DNA from: Pyrolobus fumarii 1A
GTDB lineage: Archaea; Thermoproteota; Thermoprotei_A; Sulfolobales; Pyrodictiaceae
DNA length: 32,000 nucleotides
Reading direction: 5' to 3'
Assembly: GCF_000223395.1 (NCBI RefSeq)
Contig: NC_015931.1
Span: forward strand, 960,001-992,000
Shown: piece after piece, positions 23,903 to 32,000 of the stretch
Numbering within the stretch: position 1 is the first letter of the stretch
Layout of the letters: every line of letters starts with the position of its first letter
The notes under the pieces: generated by a model
What the model was told of the DNA's origin: nothing
What the model saw: the letters and a program-made list of their open reading frames with translations, nothing else
The model's database searches: none
Translations under genes and position numbers: made by a program

Positions 23903-24406
23903 GTGACGGGAAAAGTGATGGTGTTGGATACCACGGCGTTTCTGGCAGGCTTGCCACTCATGCTCTATGGCGTGAGGCTGGTTGCACCACCGAGTGTGAT
24001 TGAGGAGGTGCGTGACGATGAGAGCCGCTCCCGGCTAGAGACAGCGATGCTGCTAGAGAGGGTCGAGGTGGTGAAGCCGAGGGAGAAGTACAAGTGGCGT
24101 GTGAAAAGGGCTGCTGTGAAAGTTGGTGTGCATGGGAGTCTATCCGAGACTGATGTTGAGGTTGCGGCGCTCGCGCTGCAGTTGAAGGAGGAGGGGCTAG
24201 AGGTGGAGGTGGTAACGGATGACTACGCGTTACAGAACCTCCTTGCAAGCCTTGGCGTTTCGTACCGCTCGTTAAGGACTAGAGGTATAAGCAGGTTGGT
24301 AAGGTACATCCTCGTGTGCCCGGCGTGTGGCTACACGTCGAGAAGGTACGGCGAGAGGAGGTGCCCAGTTTGCGGTGCACCACTTGTAAAACGGCCGCGC
24401 TCATGA
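23903..24406 (+). CDS. nob1: Nob1-type PIN endonuclease with a C-terminal zinc ribbon (pre-16S rRNA 3' end maturation)
   Basis: PIN acidic residues occur in VLDTTAF, EVRDDES and VVTDDYALQN. The zinc ribbon is CPACG-x13-CPVCG. The size of 167 aa fits archaeal Nob1. Confidence 0.8.
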   Translation: MTGKVMVLDTTAFLAGLPLMLYGVRLVAPPSVIEEVRDDESRSRLETAMLLERVEVVKPREKYKWRVKRAAVKVGVHGSLSETDVEVAALALQLKEEGLEVEVVTDDYALQNLLASLGVSYRSLRTRGISRLVRYILVCPACGYTSRRYGERRCPVCGAPLVKRPRS

Positions 24407-25635
24407 GCCTCATGCTACTCCTTGCCCTAGGCTCGGCAGCCTACGCGGCCAGTCTGGAGCAGCTTGCATACTTTGCAACTAGTATCTCGCTTGCACTCGT
24501 GGCCGGCGACTATCAGACAGCAGCAGTTGCTTCAACAAAACTATGCCTTGCTATAGCCGAGATGCCGCCAGGAGTACTACGCAACGACACTGGACTTGCG
24601 CAGAAACTTGCTATACTCGCGGCTGTTGTGGGTGGGGATACGGGGATAGACCCTAACCGAGCAAACCTAGTGTACTTGCATCTCGTGGGTGAGGCTCGTC
24701 TAGACCCCCAGGTCTGTACGGAAGGCGTGCCTCAAGCCTACTATTACAACGAGACACTCGGCAACCTCATCCCCCCAGAGGCGAACGTAACGACGTCCGA
24801 GAGAGCGGCAAAGCCTCAGGGCACAGAAACGCCACCAGCCGGGTCAATGCCAAGCTACGCTGGTGTAGCTCCTGGCGGCGAAGGCTCGGTTACAGAGAGT
24901 GACATAGAGGCTCTGACGAAGCTAGTCAAGAGTCTCAAGGGAGAGAACATAACCATGTACGAACCTAGCGGCTATACGCTGGCGAGGCTCGTCGCCGAGG
25001 ATATCCTATCCTCCCAGGGAATCCTCCCTACAAAGACGCAGGTGAACTTAGAGGAGGTGCTCACAGACTTATTCAGCGGTGGAGCGACGGGCGAGCAAGA
25101 TGTGCTAAAGACGCTGGAGCTGCCAGAGAGCATCGACGTAGGGAGGATATCGCTACTCTCGCTGCCAGCGGCTGGCGCCCCGCCTCTACCAAGCGTCAGG
25201 CTTCCAAGCATCACGCTACCCGAAGCCGGGTTCGACCCTGTACTTATTCTATTGCCGCTGGCGGTGGTGGCAGCAGCGGCGGTAGCATGGTATGGCAGGA
25301 GGGTAGTCTCCGCGTTTCGCTTCTCCAGAATAACACGGCTAGTATCGCGTGAAGCTGCAAAGGGTGAGGCAGCGGGTACGGTTGAGGAGATGTTCGCTAA
25401 GTTGCTTGAAGTGATAGGGACAAAGTGTAGGCCTCGCCAAGCCTGGGAGACACACAGAGAATATGCATCTGTTCTCCGCGAGTCAGCGAAGAACATCTAC
25501 ATGAAGGCGGCTCTAGCATATGAGGAGGCTAAGTTCGCTGGTCGGGGGACGGAAGACGCGTCTAGGGTTATAGCTGAGGCTGTGTCGCTCCTCGCGTCCA
25601 GGCTAGAGTGTAGCGAGGGAAGGGAGGAGGAGTAG
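24403..25635 (+). CDS. Membrane protein: signal peptide + ectodomain + TM + cytosolic DUF4129-like tail
   Basis: The track ORF starts at 24316 inside nob1. ATG 24403 (an ATGA overlap with the nob1 stop) gives the signal peptide MSLMLLLALGSAAYAAS. TM FDPVLILLPLAVVAAAAVAWYG. The tail RPRQAWETHREYASVLRES...AALAYEEAKFAGRG resembles DUF4129. Confidence 0.6.
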   Translation: MSLMLLLALGSAAYAASLEQLAYFATSISLALVAGDYQTAAVASTKLCLAIAEMPPGVLRNDTGLAQKLAILAAVVGGDTGIDPNRANLVYLHLVGEARLDPQVCTEGVPQAYYYNETLGNLIPPEANVTTSERAAKPQGTETPPAGSMPSYAGVAPGGEGSVTESDIEALTKLVKSLKGENITMYEPSGYTLARLVAEDILSSQGILPTKTQVNLEEVLTDLFSGGATGEQDVLKTLELPESIDVGRISLLSLPAAGAPPLPSVRLPSITLPEAGFDPVLILLPLAVVAAAAVAWYGRRVVSAFRFSRITRLVSREAAKGEAAGTVEEMFAKLLEVIGTKCRPRQAWETHREYASVLRESAKNIYMKAALAYEEAKFAGRGTEDASRVIAEAVSLLASRLECSEGREEE

Positions 25636-25636
25636 C

Positions 25637-26911
25637 GTGGACTACGTGAGGTACGGTAAGTGGGTCTCAATCGCTGTGCTCATACTGGCGCTTGTGACGC
25701 TCCCATACCTTTCTCTAACGATACCACTGCGCCTACAAGCAACAGTCTATGATGATGGCCCCGAGGGTTTTACAGAGTTTGTTTCCGAGCTACGTGCGAG
25801 AGGAGTACAAGTGTATCTACAGCTGCCGGACCCGAGCACCGTGAAAGATGCTGTACTACTCCTTCTTGATCCGCAGTTCTGCCTCTACTACGAGGATCTA
25901 GAGCAATGGGTGGAACGTGCAAAACCCAGACTAATAGTGGTCATCGGTGAATCTCTGTGCGCCAGGTGGATAACTGCACGGTTGGACAGCGCGTTTGCCC
26001 GCCTGGAGTACAGCCTAGTTGATAGTGGTGTGCTTAGGCTCGGTGATGTCAGCATACCCACTATCAGCATTCTGGCGATGAGCGGCGAGGGCGTCAAGCC
26101 TATAGGGTATGTCGGCGGGAGGGCGGCGGCGGTTACACACGGCTCGATCATATTTATCGGCGACTCGGACTTCCTCCGTAATGACGCGCTCCAGGCAAAT
26201 CCAGACACTCTAGACACTATTGTGGAGCTGATGGGTTGTGATGCTGGCTGTACGGTAGTGATGCCATCGGTCTTCGAGACTGGAGCTATAGGTTTCGCGT
26301 TATCCGCCTACCAGCTTGCGAGGATACTCGTAGAGATGCTTGCGAATCTCGAAGAGATGTTTCTCCGGCTATCTCGCGGCCTAGCAGTCTTGGCGTACGT
26401 GCTTGTAGCGGGGTATGTTGCTTACAAGTTGTTCCTCGGAGGTTTTACGCGGGGCAAAGAGGAGATTTACCACGTTGCACCACGCCCGTCTATCTACGGC
26501 TACACGAGGCTATACCAGCGGATAGTAGAGGGCGGGAAACTGTCCACCCTAGAGGCGAAGACTGTCATAATGAGGCTCTACGAGATTACTGATAGGGTGC
26601 TTAGGGTTAGACTCGGAGCCGGTATCGACGAGATTGTTGGCAACGAGGAGCTGGTAGCGAGATTGTCAAGTGCAACGGGCATCGATCGTGAAGAGCTTAG
26701 TGTGTTGCTTCGGAGGCTATACAAGCTCTACAGGAAGGCTGCTGGATTATCGCGGAGACCGTTGATTGTGAGATGGCGTAGAGAGTCTGAGCGTATGGTC
26801 ACGAGCCTAGGTCGAGTGCTTAAAGGTCTAGGTGTTGAGCTTGAGAAGCTACGTGGGTTGGAGGTGGTAGTAGAGTATGGCGAGTCTAGAGCCAGTGAGA
26901 AGTCTAGCTGA
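25637..26911 (+). CDS. Two-TM membrane protein with a DUF4350-like ectodomain
   Basis: GTG start 1 nt after the previous stop. TM1 [17 protein letters not shown]. The ectodomain contains [27 protein letters not shown]...[15 protein letters not shown] and [15 protein letters not shown], a DUF4350-like pattern recalled from memory. TM2 [19 protein letters not shown]. The C-terminus is helical. Confidence 0.55.
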   Translation: MDYVRYGKWVSIAVLILALVTLPYLSLTIPLRLQATVYDDGPEGFTEFVSELRARGVQVYLQLPDPSTVKDAVLLLLDPQFCLYYEDLEQWVERAKPRLIVVIGESLCARWITARLDSAFARLEYSLVDSGVLRLGDVSIPTISILAMSGEGVKPIGYVGGRAAAVTHGSIIFIGDSDFLRNDALQANPDTLDTIVELMGCDAGCTVVMPSVFETGAIGFALSAYQLARILVEMLANLEEMFLRLSRGLAVLAYVLVAGYVAYKLFLGGFTRGKEEIYHVAPRPSIYGYTRLYQRIVEGGKLSTLEAKTVIMRLYEITDRVLRVRLGAGIDEIVGNEELVARLSSATGIDREELSVLLRRLYKLYRKAAGLSRRPLIVRWRRESERMVTSLGRVLKGLGVELEKLRGLEVVVEYGESRASEKSS

Positions 26912-27821
26912 GAGAGTCTTGGGGCAAGTGCGTAAGGTGGTATACGGGCTTGACGAGCAACTGAAGATACTCCTCGCGTCTCTTCTTGCCGAGGGTCACG
27001 TCCTCCTGGAGGGCGTGCCGGGTGTAGCGAAGACGACACTAGCCAAGGCCTTCGCATCGAGCATGTCTCTCAGCTTCAAGAGGATCCAGTTTACGCCGGA
27101 TTTACTCCCCAGCGACGTGATAGGCACGATGGTATACGACCAGAAGAGCGGCGAGTTTAGGCTAAAGAAGGGCCCGATATTCGCCAATATAGTGCTGGCT
27201 GACGAGATTAACAGGGCGTCGCCGAGGACTCAGTCGGCTCTCCTCGAGGCGATGCAGGAGAGGCAGGTGACCATCGAGGGTAACACGTTGAGGCTGCCGG
27301 AGCCCTTCATGGTCGTGGCGACGCAGAACCCGATCGAGTTTGAGGGTACGTTCCCACTGCCAGAGGCGCAGCTGGACAGGTTCCTAGTCAAGATTGTCGT
27401 GCCGAGGCCATCCAGGGAGGTGTTGAAGCAGGTTCTTCGCAACTATGGTGTGATTAGAGAGTGGCCTATCGAGCCGGTGGCCACAGCGGAGGATGTACTC
27501 GAGGCGAGGAGAGCCGTGTGGAGCGTCAGGGTGAGCGACTCGGTGCTAGACTACATAGTGGAGATTGTTGAGGCTACGCATCGCCACCCGCACGTGAGGT
27601 TGGGCGGCTCCCCGAGGGCAGCGATAGCCATGCAGCAGCTCTCCAGGGCGCTCGCGGCGATGGAGGGTAGAGACTACGTGATACCCGATGATGTGAAGCT
27701 CGCGGCGAGATACGTGCTGCCGCACCGCATAATCTTGAAGCCCGAGGCTGAGGTTGAGGGGGTCACACCCGAGGCTGTGGTCGAGGAGGTGTTGAAATCT
27801 GTCCCAACACCAGTCCCGTGA
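26877..27821 (+). CDS. MoxR-family AAA+ ATPase
   Basis: Motifs are [21 protein letters not shown] (Walker A), [42 protein letters not shown] (Walker B and sensor), [22 protein letters not shown] and a C-terminal GGSPRAAIA. It overlaps the upstream gene by 35 nt. Confidence 0.9.
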   Translation: MASLEPVRSLAERVLGQVRKVVYGLDEQLKILLASLLAEGHVLLEGVPGVAKTTLAKAFASSMSLSFKRIQFTPDLLPSDVIGTMVYDQKSGEFRLKKGPIFANIVLADEINRASPRTQSALLEAMQERQVTIEGNTLRLPEPFMVVATQNPIEFEGTFPLPEAQLDRFLVKIVVPRPSREVLKQVLRNYGVIREWPIEPVATAEDVLEARRAVWSVRVSDSVLDYIVEIVEATHRHPHVRLGGSPRAAIAMQQLSRALAAMEGRDYVIPDDVKLAARYVLPHRIILKPEAEVEGVTPEAVVEEVLKSVPTPVP

Positions 27822-27837
27822 CGCCACGCCATTACGG

Positions 27838-29190
27838 TTGACGGGGAGAGGTGCAGCGTTAACACTACTACTCGCGTTGATAGCAGCCGCAGGTGTCGTT
27901 GGAGCGCCCAGTGGATTATCGGTTGCATATGCGGCTGGTATTGCTCTCCTGTCGTTGCTGGCGTACTGGCGTATAGTAGGCGTGGCTAAGGCTGCGGCGC
28001 TGAGCCGATTACGTGTTGAGAGGGTGATTGAGGGTCACAAGGTTGAGGGGAGGAAGCTTCGCGTCAAGGTTGAGATTCGCAATCCAACGCCGGTGCCATT
28101 CGAGCATATAGAGGTGTATGACGAGCCTCCGTGGCTTTGGAGGATAGACGGTCAGCCCAGGGTTGCGGTAACCTTACCAGCTAGAAGTAGAATGATTATC
28201 GAGTATGACGCGGAGCCGGTCTATGGTGAGCACGTATTCGGGCCAATTAGGCTCGTTGCTTACGACCCGTTGGGCCTGTTTCGCGTCGAGACGCGCGTGG
28301 GTGGAGAGACGAGTGTGAGGATTGCGCCACGTACGCTTGGCGCCGTTAGGGGTGTGTACCTGGTACCGTCGCTTCCTAGGCCGGGTGGTGTTGCACCCGG
28401 GCGGCGTAAGGGCGCCGGCACGACGATATACGATGTTAGGGAGTATGTGCCGGGTGACGACACCCGCCTCATAGACTGGAAGGGCTTCGCGCGTACTGGC
28501 AGGCTGCTCGTGAAGGAGTTCGAGCAGGAGGTGCAAGTGTACACTCTCCTTGTGCTTGATGTGACTGGCACGATGCTTCTAGGAGCGCTTGGTGAAACCA
28601 AACTGGAGAACACGGCGAGGGTCGTGAGGACGATAATAGAGTATGTGGCGTCGCGTGGGGACGTGTATCGGGTCGTAGTGATAGACAGGGATGGTAAGCT
28701 CTACTACACTCCATGGCTACGCGGGAGAGCAACAATACATCAGGCTGTAGAGCTTCTCTCGAGTGTTAAATGGGGTAAGGCTAGCGAAGAACCGCCGGGT
28801 GAAGAGGAGCTTGAGGCCAGGCTGGCGTCCCTGAGGGAGCTGGCGAGGCTAGCTGGTAGAGAGAAAACGCTCATCTTCGTGTTCACGGATGCCTATGAAT
28901 CGCCACAAGTAGCTAAACGATATGCTGAGGTGCTCTCAAAGCTGCGTCTCTTGCATCACGATGTGCAAGCGTTGATACCTTTGACGGCATATTTCGAGGT
29001 GCAGTTATTGTCGCGTGACCAGCTTGAAGCGAGTCTCTACGCTCTACTAGCCTATGAGAAGCTGCGAGAGTATACGGAGATACAGAGGGTGTTTAGGAGG
29101 AGTGGTATTCCGGTTGTGGCTACGGGTCCCGTGCGGCTGGTCGAGACGGTTCTCGAGAAGCTCGAGGCTTATCGGAGGATGCTCTTCTAG
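27838..29190 (+). CDS. DUF58-family membrane protein with an Ig-like module and a vWA-like C-terminal half
   Basis: TTG start. Two N-terminal TM helices. KLRVKVEIRNPTPVPFEHIEVYDEPP is Ig/CARDB-like. The DUF58 signature is YDVREYVPGDDTRLIDWKGFARTGRLLVKEFEQE. LLVLDVTGTML is a MIDAS-like D-x-T-x-T, and LIFVFTDAYES is the TDG-strand equivalent. Confidence 0.85.
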   Translation: MTGRGAALTLLLALIAAAGVVGAPSGLSVAYAAGIALLSLLAYWRIVGVAKAAALSRLRVERVIEGHKVEGRKLRVKVEIRNPTPVPFEHIEVYDEPPWLWRIDGQPRVAVTLPARSRMIIEYDAEPVYGEHVFGPIRLVAYDPLGLFRVETRVGGETSVRIAPRTLGAVRGVYLVPSLPRPGGVAPGRRKGAGTTIYDVREYVPGDDTRLIDWKGFARTGRLLVKEFEQEVQVYTLLVLDVTGTMLLGALGETKLENTARVVRTIIEYVASRGDVYRVVVIDRDGKLYYTPWLRGRATIHQAVELLSSVKWGKASEEPPGEEELEARLASLRELARLAGREKTLIFVFTDAYESPQVAKRYAEVLSKLRLLHHDVQALIPLTAYFEVQLLSRDQLEASLYALLAYEKLREYTEIQRVFRRSGIPVVATGPVRLVETVLEKLEAYRRMLF

Positions 29191-29243
29191 CCTAGGCCTC
29201 TCCTCTGGAGGCCCGGGTAGGGGAATAGTTGCAGAAGGAGGTC

Positions 29244-30449
29244 ATGCGTAAGGCGCTGCTTATCGCAGCTGTTGTACTCCGGGTTGCGGCTGCCGCTTCT
29301 TCGGCGCTCGCGGCTTACGATCTAGCACCACACGTCATAACATCCTTGCCCGTATTGCCTATGCCAGGTGCAAAGGTAGTATCCCTGGCTGTAGCGGCGG
29401 CAGTGGCTCTACTCGCTCTCGTTGGGCACTATGGTGCTGCGATAGTGGCTCTTGGCATAATGGCGGCTGTGTATACAGCCCTGGGTATGAAGATTCCTAT
29501 CACGTTGCTTGCGGCTATAGTGTCCCTGCTACTTGCGCCTATGCTAGTGAGAAGAGCGGATGTAATGGAGGGTAGCGTGGTCGAGACGCGTCTATACTGC
29601 TCGTGGGGGTGTAGGCTAGCAACGCCAGCGTTCTACATAGTGCTTCTCGTGGGGGCGTACCTGGTCTATGGTGCGGCTTTTGCCCTCGGCTATGCGGTTG
29701 GCTCTGTGCTTGAAAGCCTAGAGGTGATGCCGCAGCAGGTGGCGGCCATTGCTTACCTGGCTACGAGGTTGCTAGCTATGCGCATAATCATACTCCTCGT
29801 CATACTATGGGTGTTGTATAAGGCGATTGTTGGTCTCGCAGAGCCGCTAGTCTATACTATACTCGCGCACCCCAGGGATGTAGCCAGGCTGGTCAACAGC
29901 ATACTCGAGGGTGAGAGAAGAGCACTCGTAGAAGGCAAAACGTGGCACCACAAGCTCTACCTGAGTGCCGCCTCGCACGTGGCGGGCGTGATAACGCTCA
30001 TCATAGCTTACTCGCTGATGCGAGTGGCGAGTACAATCTACAATGTGCTCCTAGGGGGACAGCCGTTACCCTCGGCTATCCTCGCCGCCGAGAAGTTTAC
30101 CACAATGACAGCCCCATTGTGGGGATTGGCGACCTACTACGCCGCCTACCGCTTCACCAGGAGGAGGATACAGTCAACGCTCGCAGGCGGCGTGTCACCA
30201 CCACGTGCAACGCTTCCATTGCTGACCGTGCTTGCCGCCGCAGCACTGCTACTATACTCTGGACTCAGCGATGTGCTACTCTCCGTGCTTTTGTGCCCAG
30301 TCCAACCGACGGCGTGCACCGGAGTACACGAGGCGGGCTTAGCCGCGAGGATAAGCATGGTGGTTAGCGCAGCGGCAGAGAGCATAGCGGCGAGCATAAG
30401 GCGGGGTGTAGAGCTTATAGACTCTATTGTTGCGATGCTCTTCGGGTAG
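29244..30449 (+). CDS. Polytopic (about 8-10 TM) membrane protein of unknown family, terminal part of the MoxR cassette
   Basis: The track ORF starts at TTG 29229. ATG 29244 is preceded by GAAGGAGGTC. The protein is hydrophobic throughout, with one ~50-aa cytosolic-looking loop (HPRDVARLVNSILEGERRALVEGKTWHHK). I see no recognisable motif. Confidence 0.6.
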   Translation: MRKALLIAAVVLRVAAAASSALAAYDLAPHVITSLPVLPMPGAKVVSLAVAAAVALLALVGHYGAAIVALGIMAAVYTALGMKIPITLLAAIVSLLLAPMLVRRADVMEGSVVETRLYCSWGCRLATPAFYIVLLVGAYLVYGAAFALGYAVGSVLESLEVMPQQVAAIAYLATRLLAMRIIILLVILWVLYKAIVGLAEPLVYTILAHPRDVARLVNSILEGERRALVEGKTWHHKLYLSAASHVAGVITLIIAYSLMRVASTIYNVLLGGQPLPSAILAAEKFTTMTAPLWGLATYYAAYRFTRRRIQSTLAGGVSPPRATLPLLTVLAAAALLLYSGLSDVLLSVLLCPVQPTACTGVHEAGLAARISMVVSAAAESIAASIRRGVELIDSIVAMLFG

Positions 30450-30455
30450 GTCACA

Positions 30456-30710
30456 GTGGCAAAGTTTGGCGATGTAAGGTACTGGGTGAAGACGGGTGCA
30501 GCTCTAGCCTTTGTCGCGGTCACCCTATGGCTATCCTACTACTTCTTCGTAGTTGGGGTAGGCCTAGTTTCTCGCATGAGCGTGGTAGCAGGCGTGCTGT
30601 CAGCGGCGATAGGCTTCGCGCTTCTCTCAGCCTCTGTGACCGTAATGAGGGACTGGGTGCTAGCTATACGCGGCAGAGAAGGTCGCGAAGAAGCCGGAGC
30701 ATCATCCTAG
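30456..30710 (+). CDS. Small 2-3-TM membrane protein, unknown
   Basis: An 84-aa ORF with a GTG start 6 nt after the previous stop. It has two or three hydrophobic helices and an acidic/basic tail. Its 3' end overlaps the convergent DUF72 gene by 47 nt, so it is less certain. Confidence 0.4.
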   Translation: MAKFGDVRYWVKTGAALAFVAVTLWLSYYFFVVGVGLVSRMSVVAGVLSAAIGFALLSASVTVMRDWVLAIRGREGREEAGASS

Positions 30711-31380
30711 CATTATCGAGCATCCAGTGGTCGTTGTTGAAGAACACGTAGGTTCTGCGGGGGGCTAGAGCAGCAATCCTAGATGCTATATCCATAAGCT
30801 CGTCGCTGCTATAGTCATAGGCGTACCAGACGCCCCTTCCATGCATACGAAGGTATAGCGTGCCGCGTGGAGCAACTATCCAGGTGCCTATTGGGGCGTC
30901 GATGGAGACAAGTGTGAACCCGAGCTTTTCCGCCCATTCTACGGTACTCTTGTCGAACCACGATTCGTGCCGGAACTCGACTGCAATCCTCTCCCCAAGA
31001 CCAGTGGTCTTTACAGCCTCTGCCACTCTCCTCATGTTCTCTGGTGTCTTCCTGAACCCAGGCGGGAGCTGCACAAGGTAGAAGTCAATGAGTGTATCCA
31101 TGGGTTTGAACACCTCGAGGAACTTTAATAGAAGCTGGAGCCCACGCTCGTTAAGCCTATGCACATGCGTAACGCCACGATAGACCTTCACGGCCCAGCG
31201 TAATGCGGCCCCCTTCCTAGCCCAGGACTCGACCATTCTCCGCGAAGGTATCCTATAGAAGCTAGCGTTAAGCTCGACAGCATTCAACCCGCTATACGAC
31301 GCGTACCACTCTAGCCCATCGGGGTTCCAATCATAGACCCAGCCACTAGTCCCCACGTAAACTGTACAGGAGGTGCCCAA
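30664..31380 (-). CDS. DUF72 (UPF0759)-family protein
   Basis: YVGTSGWVYDWNP, AVELNASFYRIPS, WAVKVYRGVTH, VEFRHESW and VFFNNDH match the DUF72 pattern. Confidence 0.8.
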   Translation of the reverse strand: MGTSCTVYVGTSGWVYDWNPDGLEWYASYSGLNAVELNASFYRIPSRRMVESWARKGAALRWAVKVYRGVTHVHRLNERGLQLLLKFLEVFKPMDTLIDFYLVQLPPGFRKTPENMRRVAEAVKTTGLGERIAVEFRHESWFDKSTVEWAEKLGFTLVSIDAPIGTWIVAPRGTLYLRMHGRGVWYAYDYSSDELMDIASRIAALAPRRTYVFFNNDHWMLDNARMMLRLLRDLLCRV

Positions 31381-31400
31381 CAGCCGTTTTCCCGCTGTGT

Positions 31401-31405
31401 AAAAA
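31401..31405 (-). terminator. Oligo-T (minus strand) within a short hairpin downstream of rps2
   Basis: The minus strand reads cccgcgTTTTTacacagcggg. The cccgc/gcggg arms are at 31391-31395 and 31407-31411. It lies 14 nt after the rps2 stop. Confidence 0.3.
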
Positions 31406-31418
31406 CGCGGGGGAGGCG

Positions 31419-32000
31419 TTAGAACCTAGGCCTAATCTTCGTCTCGAACTCCTCCCAAGGCTCCGGGAGATCCTGGTCGGGGCCTAGGTCGCCCCTCGCG
31501 CGCAGCACCTCTCTCGCGAGTATCCAGTAGACGAGTGCGAGGCTCCTCCTACCCTTGTTGTTCACCGGGATGACAAGGTCGATATTCTCGATACGATTGT
31601 CAGTGTGCGCTAGGGCAACCACCGGGATACCCATGCGCGCAGCCTCCTCGATAGCCTGGCTGTCAGCTCTTGGGTCGGTAACCAGTATGACATCAGGCTC
31701 TAGGTACCACTCTAGCATCGGGTTCGTAAAGGTACCTGGAAGTATACGGCCGGTTAGAGCCTTGCAGCCAACATACTGGCAGAACTTGGTGACAGGCTTC
31801 TGGCCATACTGCCTGACAGACACGGCCACTATCTTCTCCGGCGGGAAGCGTGCTAGGAACTTAGCCGCAGTGCGCAGCCTCTCGTCAATCCTCCTAATAT
31901 CGAAGATATAGATGCCATCGGGCCTAACACGATACACGAACTTCCTCATGTACGCGGTGCAGATGTGAGTACCGACGTGAACACCAGCCTGGATATACAA
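31419..32000 (-). CDS. rps2: 30S ribosomal protein uS2 (N-terminus beyond the window end)
   Basis: [28 protein letters not shown] and [31 protein letters not shown] are archaeal S2 motifs. The ORF is open to position 32000. Confidence 0.9.
   Translation of the reverse strand: MYIQAGVHVGTHICTAYMRKFVYRVRPDGIYIFDIRRIDERLRTAAKFLARFPPEKIVAVSVRQYGQKPVTKFCQYVGCKALTGRILPGTFTNPMLEWYLEPDVILVTDPRADSQAIEEAARMGIPVVALAHTDNRIENIDLVIPVNNKGRRSLALVYWILAREVLRARGDLGPDQDLPEPWEEFETKIRPRF

Noticed and set aside
24316-24402. N-terminal extension of the DUF4129-like ORF into nob1
   Set aside because: The extension (MPGVWLHVEKVRREEVPSLRCTTCKTAAL) is simply the alternative frame of the nob1 zinc-ribbon region. ATG 24403 gives a proper signal peptide and an ATGA coupling junction.
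29942-30367. 141-aa alternative-frame ORF inside the polytopic membrane protein gene, and 30146-30523 on the minus strand
   Set aside because: They are Arg-rich or low-complexity shadow frames. The hydrophobic-periodic main frame is far more protein-like.
1-32000. Search for CRISPR arrays, tRNA/rRNA genes, IS elements, integrases and toxin-antitoxin pairs
   Set aside because: I saw no regularly spaced direct repeats, cloverleaf-compatible GC-rich 70-90-nt islands, transposase- or integrase-like ORFs, or terminal inverted repeats by eye. A tRNAscan/Infernal/ISfinder run would be needed to exclude small elements formally.

Overview
The window is a gene-dense archaeal chromosome segment with about 30 protein genes. 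I found no rRNA, tRNA, CRISPR array or IS/transposase. All family names below come from motifs read by eye; no database search was run.

The archaeal origin is supported by several features. There are archaeal-type uS2, Nob1 and MBF1-like genes. TATA-like boxes sit about 25-45 nt upstream of start codons. Roughly 40% of starts are GTG/TTG, AGG/AGA/ATA/CTA codons are used heavily, and the exported proteins are dense in N-x-S/T sequons. A hyperthermophilic crenarchaeon (Desulfurococcales/Pyrodictiaceae-like) is my guess only.

Content from left to right:
- A partial MBF1-like zinc-ribbon gene that is missing from the supplied ORF track.
- A membrane-anchored protein with a clan-CD-like His/Cys dyad, next to a low-GC gene for a giant sequon-rich surface protein of about 1100 aa.
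- An isolated trpA.
- A divergent PadR / MMPL-RND transporter pair, in which the transporter carries an ~850-aa helical, repeat-containing ectodomain.
- A tight four-gene operon of three small membrane proteins and a winged-helix regulator, behind a perfect 8-bp inverted repeat.
- A PhoH-like ATPase fused to KH domains.
- A PaaK-like ligase.
- hisH-hisI followed by trpE-trpG.
- A YdjM-like hydrolase, an M20 peptidase, a TauE/SafE exporter and a fumarate-hydratase beta-type subunit.
- A Nop2/Sun m5C RNA methyltransferase and Nob1.
- A compact six-gene membrane-tethered MoxR cassette: DUF4129-like, DUF4350-like, MoxR, DUF58/vWA-like and two unknown membrane proteins.
- A DUF72 gene and a partial rps2.

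The best candidates for an uncharacterised system are the MoxR cassette (24403-30710), the PadR/giant-ectodomain MMPL locus, and the peptidase-like/surface-glycoprotein pair.
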